This document shows positions 1 to 10,591 of a DNA stretch of 64,000 bases, in pieces (position 1 is the first letter of the stretch; the number at the start of each line of letters is the position of its first letter). The position numbers were made by a program, and so were the translations under genes. The notes beneath the pieces were generated by a model. That model did not search any database. It saw only the letters and a program-made list of their open reading frames with translations, and was not told where the DNA came from. This DNA comes from Thermoproteota archaeon (GTDB taxonomy: Archaea > Korarchaeota > Korarchaeia > Korarchaeales > Korarchaeaceae): contig JAOZFI010000039.1 of NCBI GenBank assembly GCA_027491395.1, positions 32,001-96,000 on the forward strand. The letters run 5' to 3'.

Positions 1-1
1 A

Positions 2-427
2 AGGGCCGGAAAGCATGTTGAGGTGACTTACCTCATAATACCCACCCTAAATGATGGTGAAGAGGAGATCAGGACTTTCGCTAGGTGGATAGTTCAGGAG
101 GTCGGAGACGACACTCCTGTTCACTTCTCACGTTTCTACCCGCATTTCAGGATGAAGAACCTTCCCCCGACTCCGATCGAATACATAAAGAGAGCTATCA
201 GGATAGCTAGGGATGAGGGTGTTAAATTCGTTTACTCAGGGAATGTCCCGGGCGATCCAGACGAGAACACCTATTGTCCAAGGTGCGGCACTCTACTGAT
301 AAGAAGATACGGATTTACCATAGAAAAGTGCAATCTTTCTGAGGACTCGAGGTGCCCCCAATGCGGCGAATCCATAACCATAGTGGGTCCTTGCACTGAA
401 TCCGGGGGCTGGCTGGGTTACTTATGA
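2..427 (+). CDS. Radical SAM enzyme, AmmeMemoRadiSam/PFL-activase-like, C-terminal part (5' end outside window)
   Basis: Frame is open from base 2 (RAGKHVEVTYLIIP). Has PVHFSRFYP, YSGNVPG, ENTYCPRCG and a second CPQCG zinc ribbon typical of this family. Confidence 0.85.
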   Translation, partial: RAGKHVEVTYLIIPTLNDGEEEIRTFARWIVQEVGDDTPVHFSRFYPHFRMKNLPPTPIEYIKRAIRIARDEGVKFVYSGNVPGDPDENTYCPRCGTLLIRRYGFTIEKCNLSEDSRCPQCGESITIVGPCTESGGWLGYL

Positions 428-504
428 TCGGTTGATCATTTTGCCAGTTGACATGGGTTTCACCGAAAACCTTTTTAAGCAATACCCCTAATGTCCGGCG
501 GCCG

Positions 505-2418
505 GTGAGATCCTTGGAGACCATCATAGAAGCCGGCGTCGATATATTGGGGAAGATCCCTTGGAAGGACGCGTCTTTTGAGGAGAAGGTACAGGCTTTG
601 AACGAGATGTGGAAGGAAGGAGAGCAGATTAAAAAGCTACTAGAGGAGAGCACTGATCTAGAGGAGGCAAGGAAGAAAATCTACGACTACTTGGCATCGC
701 TCGAATGGGAGCTCAGGGTAGGCAGGATAAAGCTTCATAGGATCGATTACTGGCTTGCATTGGAAGCCATAAAGAACTTCAGGAACATAATCTCACCGGA
801 AAACGAGAAGATAGCCACCTTCAGCACCCTTGAGTATTTGTGGCGGCTAGCGAAGGAAGGAGAGAGGTTCCTCGACAAGGTAAGCATGGGCTTCATCCTC
901 GAGTTCAAGTACCTGTTCAAGGCGATTCACGGGAACTCTAACTACGCCAAGGGATGGATCCACGATCTCTTGGGCGAGGAAAAGGCCAAGATAGTCCACG
1001 AGTTCCTTAGGATAGGCGGAAGGGAGGGCGCCATTCTCAGGTCCGAGTACCTCGATGAAGTGGCCAAGCTGGTGAAGCAGTATTTCGGCAGGTTCACTTT
1101 CGGCCTAGACCCCAAAGTCATAGAGAAGAGAGAGCAAAACATCCAGAAGATCCTCGATTACTTCGGAGCCACCAGAGACGACTGGATGGACTACAAGTGG
1201 CACTTCAAGCATGTGTTCAAGAGGCTGGAGCACGTGGACATGCTGAAGGAGCTAGTTCCCCTGACGGAGGAGGATGTCGAGAACATAAAGATGGCCATAG
1301 AGAACAGGATACCCTTCGGCATCACTCCATACTACCTGCACCTCTTCGACTTCGAGAGGGCCGACAGGAAGTGGGATCCCCAAGTCAGGGCTCAGGTGAT
1401 CCCGCCAAGGTGGTACCTCGAGGAGATGATCAAGCACAGGCAGGACAGGAACTACGTGTTCGACTTCATGAAGGAGCACGATACCTCCCCGCTGGAGCTC
1501 GTTACTAGGAGGTATCCGATGATAGCCATATTGAAGGTGGCTGACACGTGTCCGCAGATATGCGTCTACTGCCAGAGGAACTGGGAGATAGAGGAGGCCT
1601 TCAGTCCAGTGGGCATACCGCCGAAGGCCCTAATAGACAAGGCCATAGAGTGGTTCGCCAACCATGAGTCCATGATGGATGTGCTACTCACCGGCGGTGA
1701 CCCTGCAATCCTGAACGATAGGTACATGGAGTACATCCTCAGTCGTCTGGCTGAGATAGACCACATCAAGAGCATCAGAATAGGGAGCAGAATAGTCGTA
1801 ACCGTGCCTATGAGAATCACCAAGGAATACGCGGAGATGCTGAGTAGTTTCATCGAACCCAACAAGAGGAACGTGATGTTCGTCACCCACGTTGAGAGCG
1901 CAGAGGAGGTCACCCCCTACATGGCCAAGGCTGTGAAGACCCTAAGAGACCACGACATCTACGTGTACAACCAGCAGGTCTACCAGTTCGCCACCTCTAG
2001 GAGGTTCCAGTATGTCCTCACGAGGATAGCCCTCAAGATAATAGGTATAGATCCGTATTACAACTTCTATCCGAAGGGCAAGTTCGAGCAGAGGGATTTC
2101 CTCGTTCCCGTCGCAAGACTTGCCCAAGAGAGGAAGGAGGAGGCAAGGCTCCTACCCGGTCAGTATAGGACCGACGAGCCGGTGTTTAACGTCCCCGCTC
2201 TTGGAAAGAACCACATAAGGGCTTGGCAGGATCGTGAACTCATAGCCATAATGCCGGAGACTGGAAGCAGGATATATGTGTGGCATCCGTGGGAGAAGGG
2301 CATAGCTCCGGTTGATCCGTGGCCCTACGTGGATGTCCCCATCTACGACTACCTGATGAGGCTTAAGGAGGTCGGGGAGGACATAAAGGAGTACGAGAGC
2401 ATCTGGTACTACTACTGA
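505..2418 (+). CDS. Long-form KamA-family (lysine 2,3-aminomutase-like) radical SAM protein
   Basis: CPQICVYCQR (CxxxCxxC), TRRYP, LLTGGDP, RIGSR, YNQQV, GIDPYY and a GK motif at the PLP-Lys position, with an N-terminal extension of about 230 aa. GTG 505 preferred over the ORF-track start at 448. Confidence 0.85.
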   Translation: MRSLETIIEAGVDILGKIPWKDASFEEKVQALNEMWKEGEQIKKLLEESTDLEEARKKIYDYLASLEWELRVGRIKLHRIDYWLALEAIKNFRNIISPENEKIATFSTLEYLWRLAKEGERFLDKVSMGFILEFKYLFKAIHGNSNYAKGWIHDLLGEEKAKIVHEFLRIGGREGAILRSEYLDEVAKLVKQYFGRFTFGLDPKVIEKREQNIQKILDYFGATRDDWMDYKWHFKHVFKRLEHVDMLKELVPLTEEDVENIKMAIENRIPFGITPYYLHLFDFERADRKWDPQVRAQVIPPRWYLEEMIKHRQDRNYVFDFMKEHDTSPLELVTRRYPMIAILKVADTCPQICVYCQRNWEIEEAFSPVGIPPKALIDKAIEWFANHESMMDVLLTGGDPAILNDRYMEYILSRLAEIDHIKSIRIGSRIVVTVPMRITKEYAEMLSSFIEPNKRNVMFVTHVESAEEVTPYMAKAVKTLRDHDIYVYNQQVYQFATSRRFQYVLTRIALKIIGIDPYYNFYPKGKFEQRDFLVPVARLAQERKEEARLLPGQYRTDEPVFNVPALGKNHIRAWQDRELIAIMPETGSRIYVWHPWEKGIAPVDPWPYVDVPIYDYLMRLKEVGEDIKEYESIWYYY

Positions 2419-2476
2419 TCCTCCCCCCTCCTTATTTTCCCAAACGTTTTTGATGGAATCGCCTCAGGCTAGTGGT

Positions 2477-3415
2477 ATGAGGAAAATCCTAGCCATAGCT
2501 CTAATCCCATTATTTCTGGCTCCCCTCGCCTACACCTTAGCGCAACCCATAGCGATAGCCGAGTTACCCTTAGGATCCAAGCTTACATACAAGTTAGGGG
2601 GAGTTTACGTCGGTAACAAGACCTACGAGGTCTTGGGCTGGTCTTCCTCCCGAGGCAGGAGATGTAAACTGGTCAAAGTTAGTCTCTCCGTTAACGCCTC
2701 CGGTAGCTTCTTCTACAGGGGGATAAATTCCACTTCCGAGTTCTGCTACGACGAGAGGGGAAGACCCCTGAAAGAGGTCCTGTACATTCCACAGGAATTC
2801 AACTCGTCCTACACGAGGGTTGAGATAACCTATTGGTGGGAGGGCGAAGAGGTATTTCCTCACAGATCTTTGATAAGATTGATAGGTGAGAAAATGGAGA
2901 ACTATGATGTGCTGCTCAATGAAGGACTTATGATCAAGGAATCTGGTGGAAAGACTGAGAAGTTCAGGGTAAGCAGCGAGAATCTCTCGAAGGTACTGCC
3001 TTTTGTTCCCGAGAGGCTAACGGAACCATATGTCGACCTGTCATCCATCAGGCTGAAGGAGGGTTACGCGAGGAGGTACGGAGACTTCGAGGTGAAGGTG
3101 CTTTCTCTGGAGAATGTTCAGACCCCAGCTGGTCTGTTCCCTTGTTATAAGGTGCTTCTCTCCGGTTGGACCGAGGACGGCCTTCCATATAACTCAACAG
3201 TTTACGTTACAGTGAAAGAACCTAGGTTCACCACCTACTATATTACCAATATAATTGGGATAAAGCAAACTGGATACGTGGTTGAGGCCAATATCCCCGA
3301 GCCAGGGTTGAATAAGTGGATAATCTATCTCGTAATGGTATTAGTTATGCTCGCTGTACTCGCGTTCTCACTCAAAAAGAGGAGGAAGGCGGGAGAGAAG
3401 CGAGTTACTTCTTAG
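2477..3415 (+). CDS. Exported, C-terminally anchored protein (DUF3108-like motif)
   Basis: Signal peptide MRKILAIALIPLFLAPLAYTLA; VQTPAGLFPCYKV motif; C-terminal TM helix followed by KKRRK. Confidence 0.7.
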   Translation: MRKILAIALIPLFLAPLAYTLAQPIAIAELPLGSKLTYKLGGVYVGNKTYEVLGWSSSRGRRCKLVKVSLSVNASGSFFYRGINSTSEFCYDERGRPLKEVLYIPQEFNSSYTRVEITYWWEGEEVFPHRSLIRLIGEKMENYDVLLNEGLMIKESGGKTEKFRVSSENLSKVLPFVPERLTEPYVDLSSIRLKEGYARRYGDFEVKVLSLENVQTPAGLFPCYKVLLSGWTEDGLPYNSTVYVTVKEPRFTTYYITNIIGIKQTGYVVEANIPEPGLNKWIIYLVMVLVMLAVLAFSLKKRRKAGEKRVTS

Positions 3416-4505
3416 AAGCTTCCTCCTCCATTTTCAGCTCCTCTCCCACATCCCACTCGCTTGATTTGGAGAGCTCTAAGGCTGGTGTCTCTACCGGACC
3501 CTCCGGTATGGCGCCCTGTGGCCTGAACATCAGGACGAGGATTATTATCAGCCCTATTATGATATACTTCATGTAGGTCACGTCGAACTCAACCCTTATT
3601 CCCAAGAGACTCAGGAAAGACGGTGAGATGAACTGGTCCAAGGCGGTCATTATCAAGGTTCCCACGATCACTCCCTTGTTGTTGGCCATGCCACCCAGAA
3701 TCACCATGGTGAGGATCAAGAAGGTTATCAGAGGCTGGAAGTCGTCAGCAACTACTCCCTGTATGTAGAAGGTCCTGAGGACACCAGCTATTGCTGCTAG
3801 GGCGCTTCCTATGATCATCACCTCTCCCCTCACCCTAGGTACCACCTTGCCTAGAGCCATCGCTGCAAGGTCATCGTCCCTTACCGATTTGAGCAGCCTT
3901 CCGAATGGAGATTTGGCCAACCTCTGCACATACACGTACGCCAGGACGGCAAAGGCTACCACGACCACTGTGTACGCGAGGCTCCTCATGTGCACGTCCT
4001 TTATGAATGATAGAGGATTGGCTATCCCGGTGAGGCCGGTAAGGGCGCAAACGATTCCCTCCTCGTTTCTGGCTATGATTCTCCCCATGTCTCCAATGAA
4101 TATGAGGGTTATCGCTAGAAAGTCCTCCTTCAGCCTCAGCGCGGGATAGGATGCGGCATATCCGAACAAACCTCCCACGAAGGCTCCCAGCACGAGAGAG
4201 GCCACAAAGAGACCTATAGCTTCGGCTGGATGAGAGCTAAGGTACTCAGTCCTCAGTACGGATGCTTGCCCTGAACAGTATCCTGCTTTAATCCCAGCTA
4301 TGTAATCAACAACTCTAGCCGTGAGGACGCCAGCCATGTAGGCTCCAACTGATATGAAGAATACGTGGCCGAAATTGGGTATCCCGCCGTAGCCGTACTC
4401 CATGTTCAAGCTTAGCGCAGCTATCAGGTAGATGGCGAACAGCACCACGAAGGATGTGAAGATGGGTATGTACGACAATAGGAACTCTACCTGCACATCA
4501 TTCAC
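3405..4505 (-). CDS. livM: Branched-chain amino acid ABC permease (LivM-like)
   Basis: GYGGIPNFGH, LRLKEDFLAI, SPFGRLLKSVRDD, FRPQG; multi-TM; operon context. Confidence 0.9.
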   Translation of the reverse strand: MNDVQVEFLLSYIPIFTSFVVLFAIYLIAALSLNMEYGYGGIPNFGHVFFISVGAYMAGVLTARVVDYIAGIKAGYCSGQASVLRTEYLSSHPAEAIGLFVASLVLGAFVGGLFGYAASYPALRLKEDFLAITLIFIGDMGRIIARNEEGIVCALTGLTGIANPLSFIKDVHMRSLAYTVVVVAFAVLAYVYVQRLAKSPFGRLLKSVRDDDLAAMALGKVVPRVRGEVMIIGSALAAIAGVLRTFYIQGVVADDFQPLITFLILTMVILGGMANNKGVIVGTLIMTALDQFISPSFLSLLGIRVEFDVTYMKYIIIGLIIILVLMFRPQGAIPEGPVETPALELSKSSEWDVGEELKMEEEASKK

Positions 4506-5427
4506 CTCCCTTGCTCATCTTCTCCTTTATCCACCCGATCACGTCGATACCAGCGAAGCCCGTCGGCTTGAGTAGCAGGACTATGACGAGTATTACGAAG
4601 GATATCAGCGGTCTGTAGGCCGTGCTCACGTGGAAGTACGTGTTCATGAAGGTGATGCCGAAGTTCTCGGCGAAACCGACTATCAGACCTCCTGCTATGG
4701 TCCCCCAGAAGCTGACCAGCCCTCCAAGTATGGAAGCCGCGAATATCCTCAGCAGGGCGTACCATCCTATTTCGGGGGTTATCACGGAGTAGGCTGACCA
4801 GAGTCCGCCAGCTATACCGGTTATCCCACCCGCGATGAACCACATGAGCCTCCTGAGCGTGTATATCTTAACTCCAGAGACCCTAGCAAGGTCCTCATTG
4901 TCGGCCATGGCCCTCAGAGCCTTCCCTGGCTTGGTGTAGTGGAACATGAGGTGCAGGAGCACGACGCTCGCTATGGTGATGGGGAACACCCATAGGTGTA
5001 TGGTTGTTATGCCCGCTCTACCGAACCTCCCTATCAGCTGGACATTCGCCTTCGCTTGTACGGTAATCACCGCATTGAGATCCGCGTAAATGAATAGGAT
5101 GTACCTGACCAGCAGACCTATGCCAATACTGGCGACTAAGAGGAAGAGAGGCTTCGACCCCCTCTTGATCATAGGTTTGAAGACTCCCTCGTCCATCGCA
5201 ACCGCAAGCAAGGCTGAGGCGAAGAAGGCAGCTATCAGAGACTCTCCCAGTCCGTAACCCATCCAGTTCACGAGTAGAGCTGTGACGTAACCTCCGACAG
5301 TGACCAGCTCGGCGTGAGCGAAATTCGCTATCTTCGTGACCGAGAAGGACATGGTGAGGCCCAAGGCCATGAGGGTGTAGAGACTCCCTAGTGTCAGGGA
5401 GTTCATCAAAGGAACAGATAAATCCAT
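4498..5427 (-). CDS. livH: Branched-chain amino acid ABC permease (LivH-like)
   Basis: ALGLTMSF..ANFAHAE, GKALRAMADN, LKPTG. Confidence 0.9.
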   Translation of the reverse strand: MDLSVPLMNSLTLGSLYTLMALGLTMSFSVTKIANFAHAELVTVGGYVTALLVNWMGYGLGESLIAAFFASALLAVAMDEGVFKPMIKRGSKPLFLLVASIGIGLLVRYILFIYADLNAVITVQAKANVQLIGRFGRAGITTIHLWVFPITIASVVLLHLMFHYTKPGKALRAMADNEDLARVSGVKIYTLRRLMWFIAGGITGIAGGLWSAYSVITPEIGWYALLRIFAASILGGLVSFWGTIAGGLIVGFAENFGITFMNTYFHVSTAYRPLISFVILVIVLLLKPTGFAGIDVIGWIKEKMSKGGE

Positions 5428-5442
5428 AACATCACCTCCAAA

Positions 5443-6168
5443 TCACTTTTTACCTAGGAAAGCCTCCACGAACTTCTCGTCCGCTAGAAGATCTTTCCCT
5501 GGGCCTTTCATCACTATCCTACCGCTGGAGAAAACGTAGCCAATGTCGCAGAAGCTCAGCGCCCTCTTTGCATGTTGTTCCACTAGTATGACGGTGACGC
5601 CAGTGTCGACTATGTCCCTTATCTTCATGAAGATCTGAGTCACCACCTTAGGGGCTAATGCCGCGGCTGGCTCATCCAAGAGAAGAAGGGTAGGTCTACC
5701 CATTAAAGCCATAGCCATGGCAAGCATCTGCCTCTCTCCACCGCTCAGGGAGCCAGCTTTCTGCTTCTGCCTTTCTCTAAGGATGGGGAATATGTTGAGG
5801 ATCTCCTCCATATCTTTCTTTATCTCCTCCTTATCCTCTCTAGCGTAAGCGCCCATCTCCAAGTTCTCCTTAACAGTCAGGTTCGGAAATACGTTGTTCA
5901 CCTGGAACACGAACCCCAATCCTTTCCTGGCTCTTACCTCAGGGGGAAGCTTCGTGATCTCCTCTCCGTTGAAGATCACGCTCCCATTGAAGACCCTAGT
6001 TAGGCCGAAGAGGGTCTTGAGGAAGGTAGATTTCCCGGACCCATTAGGTCCTACTATGGCCGTGATCTTGCCCTTTTCCGCTTGAAAATTTACATCTTGA
6101 ATAATTACTGCCTTCCCATATCCCGCAGTTAAGTCTCGAGTCTCCACAATATACTCAACCATCCTCAC
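5443..6168 (-). CDS. livF: ABC ATPase (LivF-like)
   Basis: GPNGSGKST, LSGGERQM, LLLDEP, LVEQH. ATG 6162 is an alternative start. Confidence 0.92.
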   Translation of the reverse strand: MRMVEYIVETRDLTAGYGKAVIIQDVNFQAEKGKITAIVGPNGSGKSTFLKTLFGLTRVFNGSVIFNGEEITKLPPEVRARKGLGFVFQVNNVFPNLTVKENLEMGAYAREDKEEIKKDMEEILNIFPILRERQKQKAGSLSGGERQMLAMAMALMGRPTLLLLDEPAAALAPKVVTQIFMKIRDIVDTGVTVILVEQHAKRALSFCDIGYVFSSGRIVMKGPGKDLLADEKFVEAFLGKK

Positions 6169-6923
6169 TCACCCAAATAGGCGTCTATCACCCTCGGGTC
6201 CTTGTAAACACCCTCAGGATCTCCATCGTATATTAGCTCTCCGTAATTCATTACTAGAACCCTCTCTACGTAGTCGAACAGGATATCCAATCTATGTTCA
6301 ATGATCAGGAAGGTCAGCCCGTACTCATCTCTTATTCTGACTATGTGACTGAAGATCTCCCTAGCCAGCTTAGGAGCTACACCAGCCGCGGGCTCATCTA
6401 ATAGAAGAACCCTAGGCTCGGACATCATGGACCTAGTGATCTCAACGAGCTTCATCTGTCCACCACTCAGCTCTGTGGCCCAATTGTTCCTCACCCTAGA
6501 GAGACCAAACTCCTTTATCGTCTTCAAGGATTTCCTTGCGTACTCTAACTCTTGATCCCTCCAGAGATGGTGCAGAGGGGCAATTAGCGGATTCTCACCC
6601 CTCTGATTTCTGTGGGCTACCATAACATTTTCGACAACGAGCATCTTTTCGAATAACCTCGGTACTTGAAAGCTCCTAACTACCCCTTTATGGTAGATGT
6701 CCCATGGATCCAGCCCTGTTATGTCCTCTCCTCTGAAGAAAATCTTTCCCCTGTTAGGCTTGTAGACCCCCGATATCACGTTGATAAGCGTGGTTTTCCC
6801 GGACCCATTAGGTCCAATCAGACCTACTATCTGACCCTCATTCAAATCAAAAGTTACGCCGTCAACGGCTCTGATACCACCAAAATACTTGGCGACATCT
6901 CTAACCTGTAGGATAGCAGTCAT
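6165..6923 (-). CDS. livG: ABC ATPase (LivG-like)
   Basis: GPNGSGKTT, RSFQ, LSGGQ, LLDEP, IEH, AYLG C-terminus. Confidence 0.92.
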   Translation of the reverse strand: MTAILQVRDVAKYFGGIRAVDGVTFDLNEGQIVGLIGPNGSGKTTLINVISGVYKPNRGKIFFRGEDITGLDPWDIYHKGVVRSFQVPRLFEKMLVVENVMVAHRNQRGENPLIAPLHHLWRDQELEYARKSLKTIKEFGLSRVRNNWATELSGGQMKLVEITRSMMSEPRVLLLDEPAAGVAPKLAREIFSHIVRIRDEYGLTFLIIEHRLDILFDYVERVLVMNYGELIYDGDPEGVYKDPRVIDAYLGE

Positions 6924-6956
6924 ATATTATCACCAAAAAGGGGAGAGGGAGGAAGT

Positions 6957-8294
6957 TCAGGGCTGCTCGTAGAAGGTCGTGGCCTTAGTAGTTCCATCAT
7001 ATTTGCCGATGGTCTTGAAGGTCCACTGACCGTCCACTATCCTTGGGGCCACGATGTCGTAGATAGGTACGGCAGCATCGCCGTACTCATCGAGCAGCTT
7101 CCATCCGGTCACGCCGTAGAAGTGCTTGCTTATGTAAGGAACTAGCTTCTGGAACACCCTGCCATCGTACTTGTGAGCCACGAGCACGGTCAGGCCAGCT
7201 ACCCAGGCAGCATCATAAGCATAGAACGCGTAGGTGCTGGCCTCGGGGGACTCACCGAACCTCTTGGTGTACTTCTCTATGAACTCCTTCACTAATGGGT
7301 TTTCCTTGGATCCCACAGCAGGCGTGGTGGCCATGAAGTGCACGCTCTGCAGGAACTTGGCTATGTCCTCCTTGGCCTTGGGAGGCAGGAAGGTAGCCCT
7401 CTTCATGGAGTCAGGTCCGAACCACCTTACCTTGCTAAGCGTAGGGTCGAGCCTTGCAGCCTCGAGAATCTTTATACCGTCATCGTCGAAGGCTATTATG
7501 ACAACGCCGGTCTCAGCATCGGCTCCGAAGTCGGCCACAGCAGCGCTAGCCCTCTCCACATCGGCGGAGAGGTCGGGCTGAGTGTGGTCATATATTATCT
7601 TAACGACCTGACCTCCGAGCTTCTTGAAGTTCTCCTCTATCAGGTCGGCGAGACCCTTGCCGTAGTCATCGCTCCTAGCCATTATAACAAGCTTCTTTAT
7701 TCCCTGATCCCATATTATCTTGGCCAGAGCGGGACCTTGGTACTTGTCAGGGGACGGCATCCTGAAGCAGTAATCGTTCTTGACCATAGCAGCAGTTCCG
7801 GTGCTGCTCGGACTTATAGCGGTCATGTGGTGGGACTTGGCGTAGTCAAGTATGGCCTTACACTCGCTGGTAGCGAGCGGGCCAACGACCATCTGCACGC
7901 CAGCGGATGCGAGCTTCTCGTAGGCGGCAATAGCACCCTCAGCAGAGGTCTTGGTGTCCTCGTGGATGTATTTGAGTCTGACGGGAGAGCCAACCTCCTC
8001 TAGCATAGCGTTTATCTCCTCTATGGCTAGGATTGCCGCGTTTCTCCTCCTAGGACCGTCCACCGCGTAACCTCCAGTGACGGCGATGGCTAATCCGATT
8101 ACATACTCCTTCTGCTCAGGCGCTGCAGCAGTTCCCGTCACGGTGACTGTCTTGGTGACAGTCTGCGCACCGGCACCGCCCACGGTGACGGTAGTGGTGG
8201 ACACGCTCACCTTACCAGGGGCGGCCACATAGCCCAACAGGATTCCTATGATGAATAAGACAATAGAAACTACTCCCCACGCTTTCGAACTCAT
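6957..8294 (-). CDS. Type I substrate-binding protein (LivK/LivJ-like)
   Basis: N-terminal TM anchor and Thr-rich linker; EDTKT, VVGP, FRMPSPD, DDYGKG, YAYDAA. Confidence 0.9.
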   Translation of the reverse strand: MSSKAWGVVSIVLFIIGILLGYVAAPGKVSVSTTTVTVGGAGAQTVTKTVTVTGTAAAPEQKEYVIGLAIAVTGGYAVDGPRRRNAAILAIEEINAMLEEVGSPVRLKYIHEDTKTSAEGAIAAYEKLASAGVQMVVGPLATSECKAILDYAKSHHMTAISPSSTGTAAMVKNDYCFRMPSPDKYQGPALAKIIWDQGIKKLVIMARSDDYGKGLADLIEENFKKLGGQVVKIIYDHTQPDLSADVERASAAVADFGADAETGVVIIAFDDDGIKILEAARLDPTLSKVRWFGPDSMKRATFLPPKAKEDIAKFLQSVHFMATTPAVGSKENPLVKEFIEKYTKRFGESPEASTYAFYAYDAAWVAGLTVLVAHKYDGRVFQKLVPYISKHFYGVTGWKLLDEYGDAAVPIYDIVAPRIVDGQWTFKTIGKYDGTTKATTFYEQP

Positions 8295-8711
8295 TTACTC
8301 ACCCCTTACAGGGCTTCTTAGGGAGCCTAGCGGTATTCCCCATTCTGATACTCTTAAAATTTACGGTAAAAGTATGAATGAGGCCATAAGCAGGCTCCTC
8401 TTTTGAATGGATTAAAATAAATTGACAAAGGTCACTATCCAAAAATTACGTTGACATTTCCATCAATGACTTGAAGACGACGTCATTAAGTCCTAGAACG
8501 GCCGTTTTTATGGTATGACCTTCAGGATACTATAACACCCACATTCCCCTCTAACTAATGTAATCTGCCCCTGGATACATGTGCCAAGGCGAAATTGGGA
8601 GGGGCTTCAATTTACGACATGTTGACGATCTTTAGGGGTCTGGAAGGATATCCCACCCCCTTAACTAAAAATAGTTTCCCAACATGGAACATAATATTTT
8701 AACACAAAGGA

Positions 8712-9599
8712 TCAAGGACTCTTCGCTTGATCAGAGTGAGATCTGAGCCTTCTGTAACCGATCCAAGCCAAGGACGCGACTAGCAAGGGTATCGCTAGGA
8801 AAGCGGTTCCGACCACCAAGATATATATGGAACCCATCAGAGCCCTGCCCGCATCCTCAATTACCTTATCCCAGAAGCTCTTTTCCGTCGTGCCAGCTCC
8901 TCTCTTCTGGAGATTCACGTTAACGGTGGCGTAGTCCACCCTATTCCTCATGCTCTCCCTTATCGCCTCCAGCCTCTCTATTCTCTCCCTGACAGCTGAA
9001 AGGCGATCCTCTATCTCAAGAATATCTCTCACATTCTCTGCCTTGTTCAGAAGATCCAGTAACCTCTGCTCTTCAGCCCTAGCGTTCCTCAACCTAGCCT
9101 CCAGATCAACGAGAGCATCCGTCAGATCCACCGTGTTTATCTCCTCCAGTTTCACCTCACCCAAGGACCTGAGCTGAGGGAGCGCGTCGTCCAGGTTGCT
9201 CTTGGGTATCTTGATGGTGAGATATCCCCCGTCCTTAGTCACACTGGAGTGCTTAACGTAGCCACCCAGCGAGTAGGTTAGTTGTGCCACCTTATTTGCC
9301 GCATTCCTCACATCCTCTACTTCTAAGGCCATGGAAACCGTGATAGAGATGTCCCTACCGACCTCAAACGTTCCCGGGATGAAATCAGTCCCAGCTGAGG
9401 ACTTGCCGTACTCCCCAGCAATAGCGGTCGTTCTGACGGTCTCTGGTTGGGGAGCCACGGGACCGTAGCCACCCTTCCCCTTCAACATTTCTCTGGTTCT
9501 TCCTCCTTGGAACTCCCTCTCTATTTTCGGATAGTAGATATATCCCGCCACGATCAGCGTGAGAAAGATTAACACCGCCACTAAATACCTCTTATTCAT
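8712..9599 (-). CDS. DUF4349-domain membrane protein
   Basis: LGGYV, DLTDALVDLEARL, IEDRLSAVRERIERLE, RVDYATV; TM helices at both ends. Start moved to ATG 9599 to remove the overlap. Confidence 0.85.
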   Translation of the reverse strand: MNKRYLVAVLIFLTLIVAGYIYYPKIEREFQGGRTREMLKGKGGYGPVAPQPETVRTTAIAGEYGKSSAGTDFIPGTFEVGRDISITVSMALEVEDVRNAANKVAQLTYSLGGYVKHSSVTKDGGYLTIKIPKSNLDDALPQLRSLGEVKLEEINTVDLTDALVDLEARLRNARAEEQRLLDLLNKAENVRDILEIEDRLSAVRERIERLEAIRESMRNRVDYATVNVNLQKRGAGTTEKSFWDKVIEDAGRALMGSIYILVVGTAFLAIPLLVASLAWIGYRRLRSHSDQAKSP

Positions 9600-9672
9600 A
9601 CAGTCCCCGAACATAGGCAACTCATTCAACCTAAAAAGGGAGGGGAAAAGGTTCAATGGAAATTGAACCATT

Positions 9673-10539
9673 CTATTCCAAAATATTTGGATGGAACAAG
9701 AGGTGATCGGCCGCAACGGTCAGGACCTTCCCCCCGCACTCCTTCAACATCTCCTTAGCCACCTTGTAGTGAGCACCCGTTGACATTCCTCCGAGCACCC
9801 CCTTCTCCGCCAACCTCTTTGCCCATGAGATCGCCTCATCGGGACTTACAGCTCTAACTTCATCCACGATGGACAGGTCTAGGTTTTCGGGTATGTGGAA
9901 GGAGTCGTAACCATCGATCTCTCCCTTGAACTCCCCCTCTATCCCGAACTTCTTGGCGATCTCCGAACCTACTGGCGTAACTGCAATTATTCTTGTATCA
10001 TACTCCTCCTTGAGTGTACGGCCGACGCCCGTGATCGTCCCACCCGTCCCCACTCCCATGACGAAGACATCTACCTTTCCAACCTGCTCGATTATCTCGC
10101 GGGCCATGCTCTCCTGTCCCCGAGGATTCGCAGGATTTGAGTCTTGCATGAGGAAGTGAGCATCTCTTTCCCTCTGTATCCTCTCAGCGACGGAGAATAT
10201 ACTTCTAGGATCATCAGGAGGGACGTTGGGGCAGAGAGTGACGTGAGCACCTAGCCTCCTCATCAGAGATATCTTAACGGGACTGGCAGTTTCCTTAGCC
10301 ACTATGTAGACCTCAAATCCCATCAATTTACCGTAAAAGGATAGGGCAACACCTGTACTCCCACTTGTGGCCTCTACTATTGCTCCTCCTATCCCCTTCC
10401 TGTCAATGAGATCTAACAGCATAGACACGGCCATCCTGTCCTTGTGACTGCCTCCCGGATTCAGGTATTCAAGCTTGAATAGGATGCCATCTACCTCAAC
10501 AACCGGAGTGTTCCCGATCTGCTCCCAGAGTTCAGCCAT
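9673..10539 (-). CDS. cysK: PLP-dependent cysteine synthase/cystathionine beta-synthase family protein
   Basis: IGNTP, KLEYLNPGGSHKDR, EATSGSTG, GVGTGGT, GMSTGA. Confidence 0.8.
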   Translation of the reverse strand: MAELWEQIGNTPVVEVDGILFKLEYLNPGGSHKDRMAVSMLLDLIDRKGIGGAIVEATSGSTGVALSFYGKLMGFEVYIVAKETASPVKISLMRRLGAHVTLCPNVPPDDPRSIFSVAERIQRERDAHFLMQDSNPANPRGQESMAREIIEQVGKVDVFVMGVGTGGTITGVGRTLKEEYDTRIIAVTPVGSEIAKKFGIEGEFKGEIDGYDSFHIPENLDLSIVDEVRAVSPDEAISWAKRLAEKGVLGGMSTGAHYKVAKEMLKECGGKVLTVAADHLLFHPNILE

Positions 10540-10591
10540 GACGGATCCATGTAGGTGATACGGGCGAATAAATAAAAGGGGAGGCGAATCT

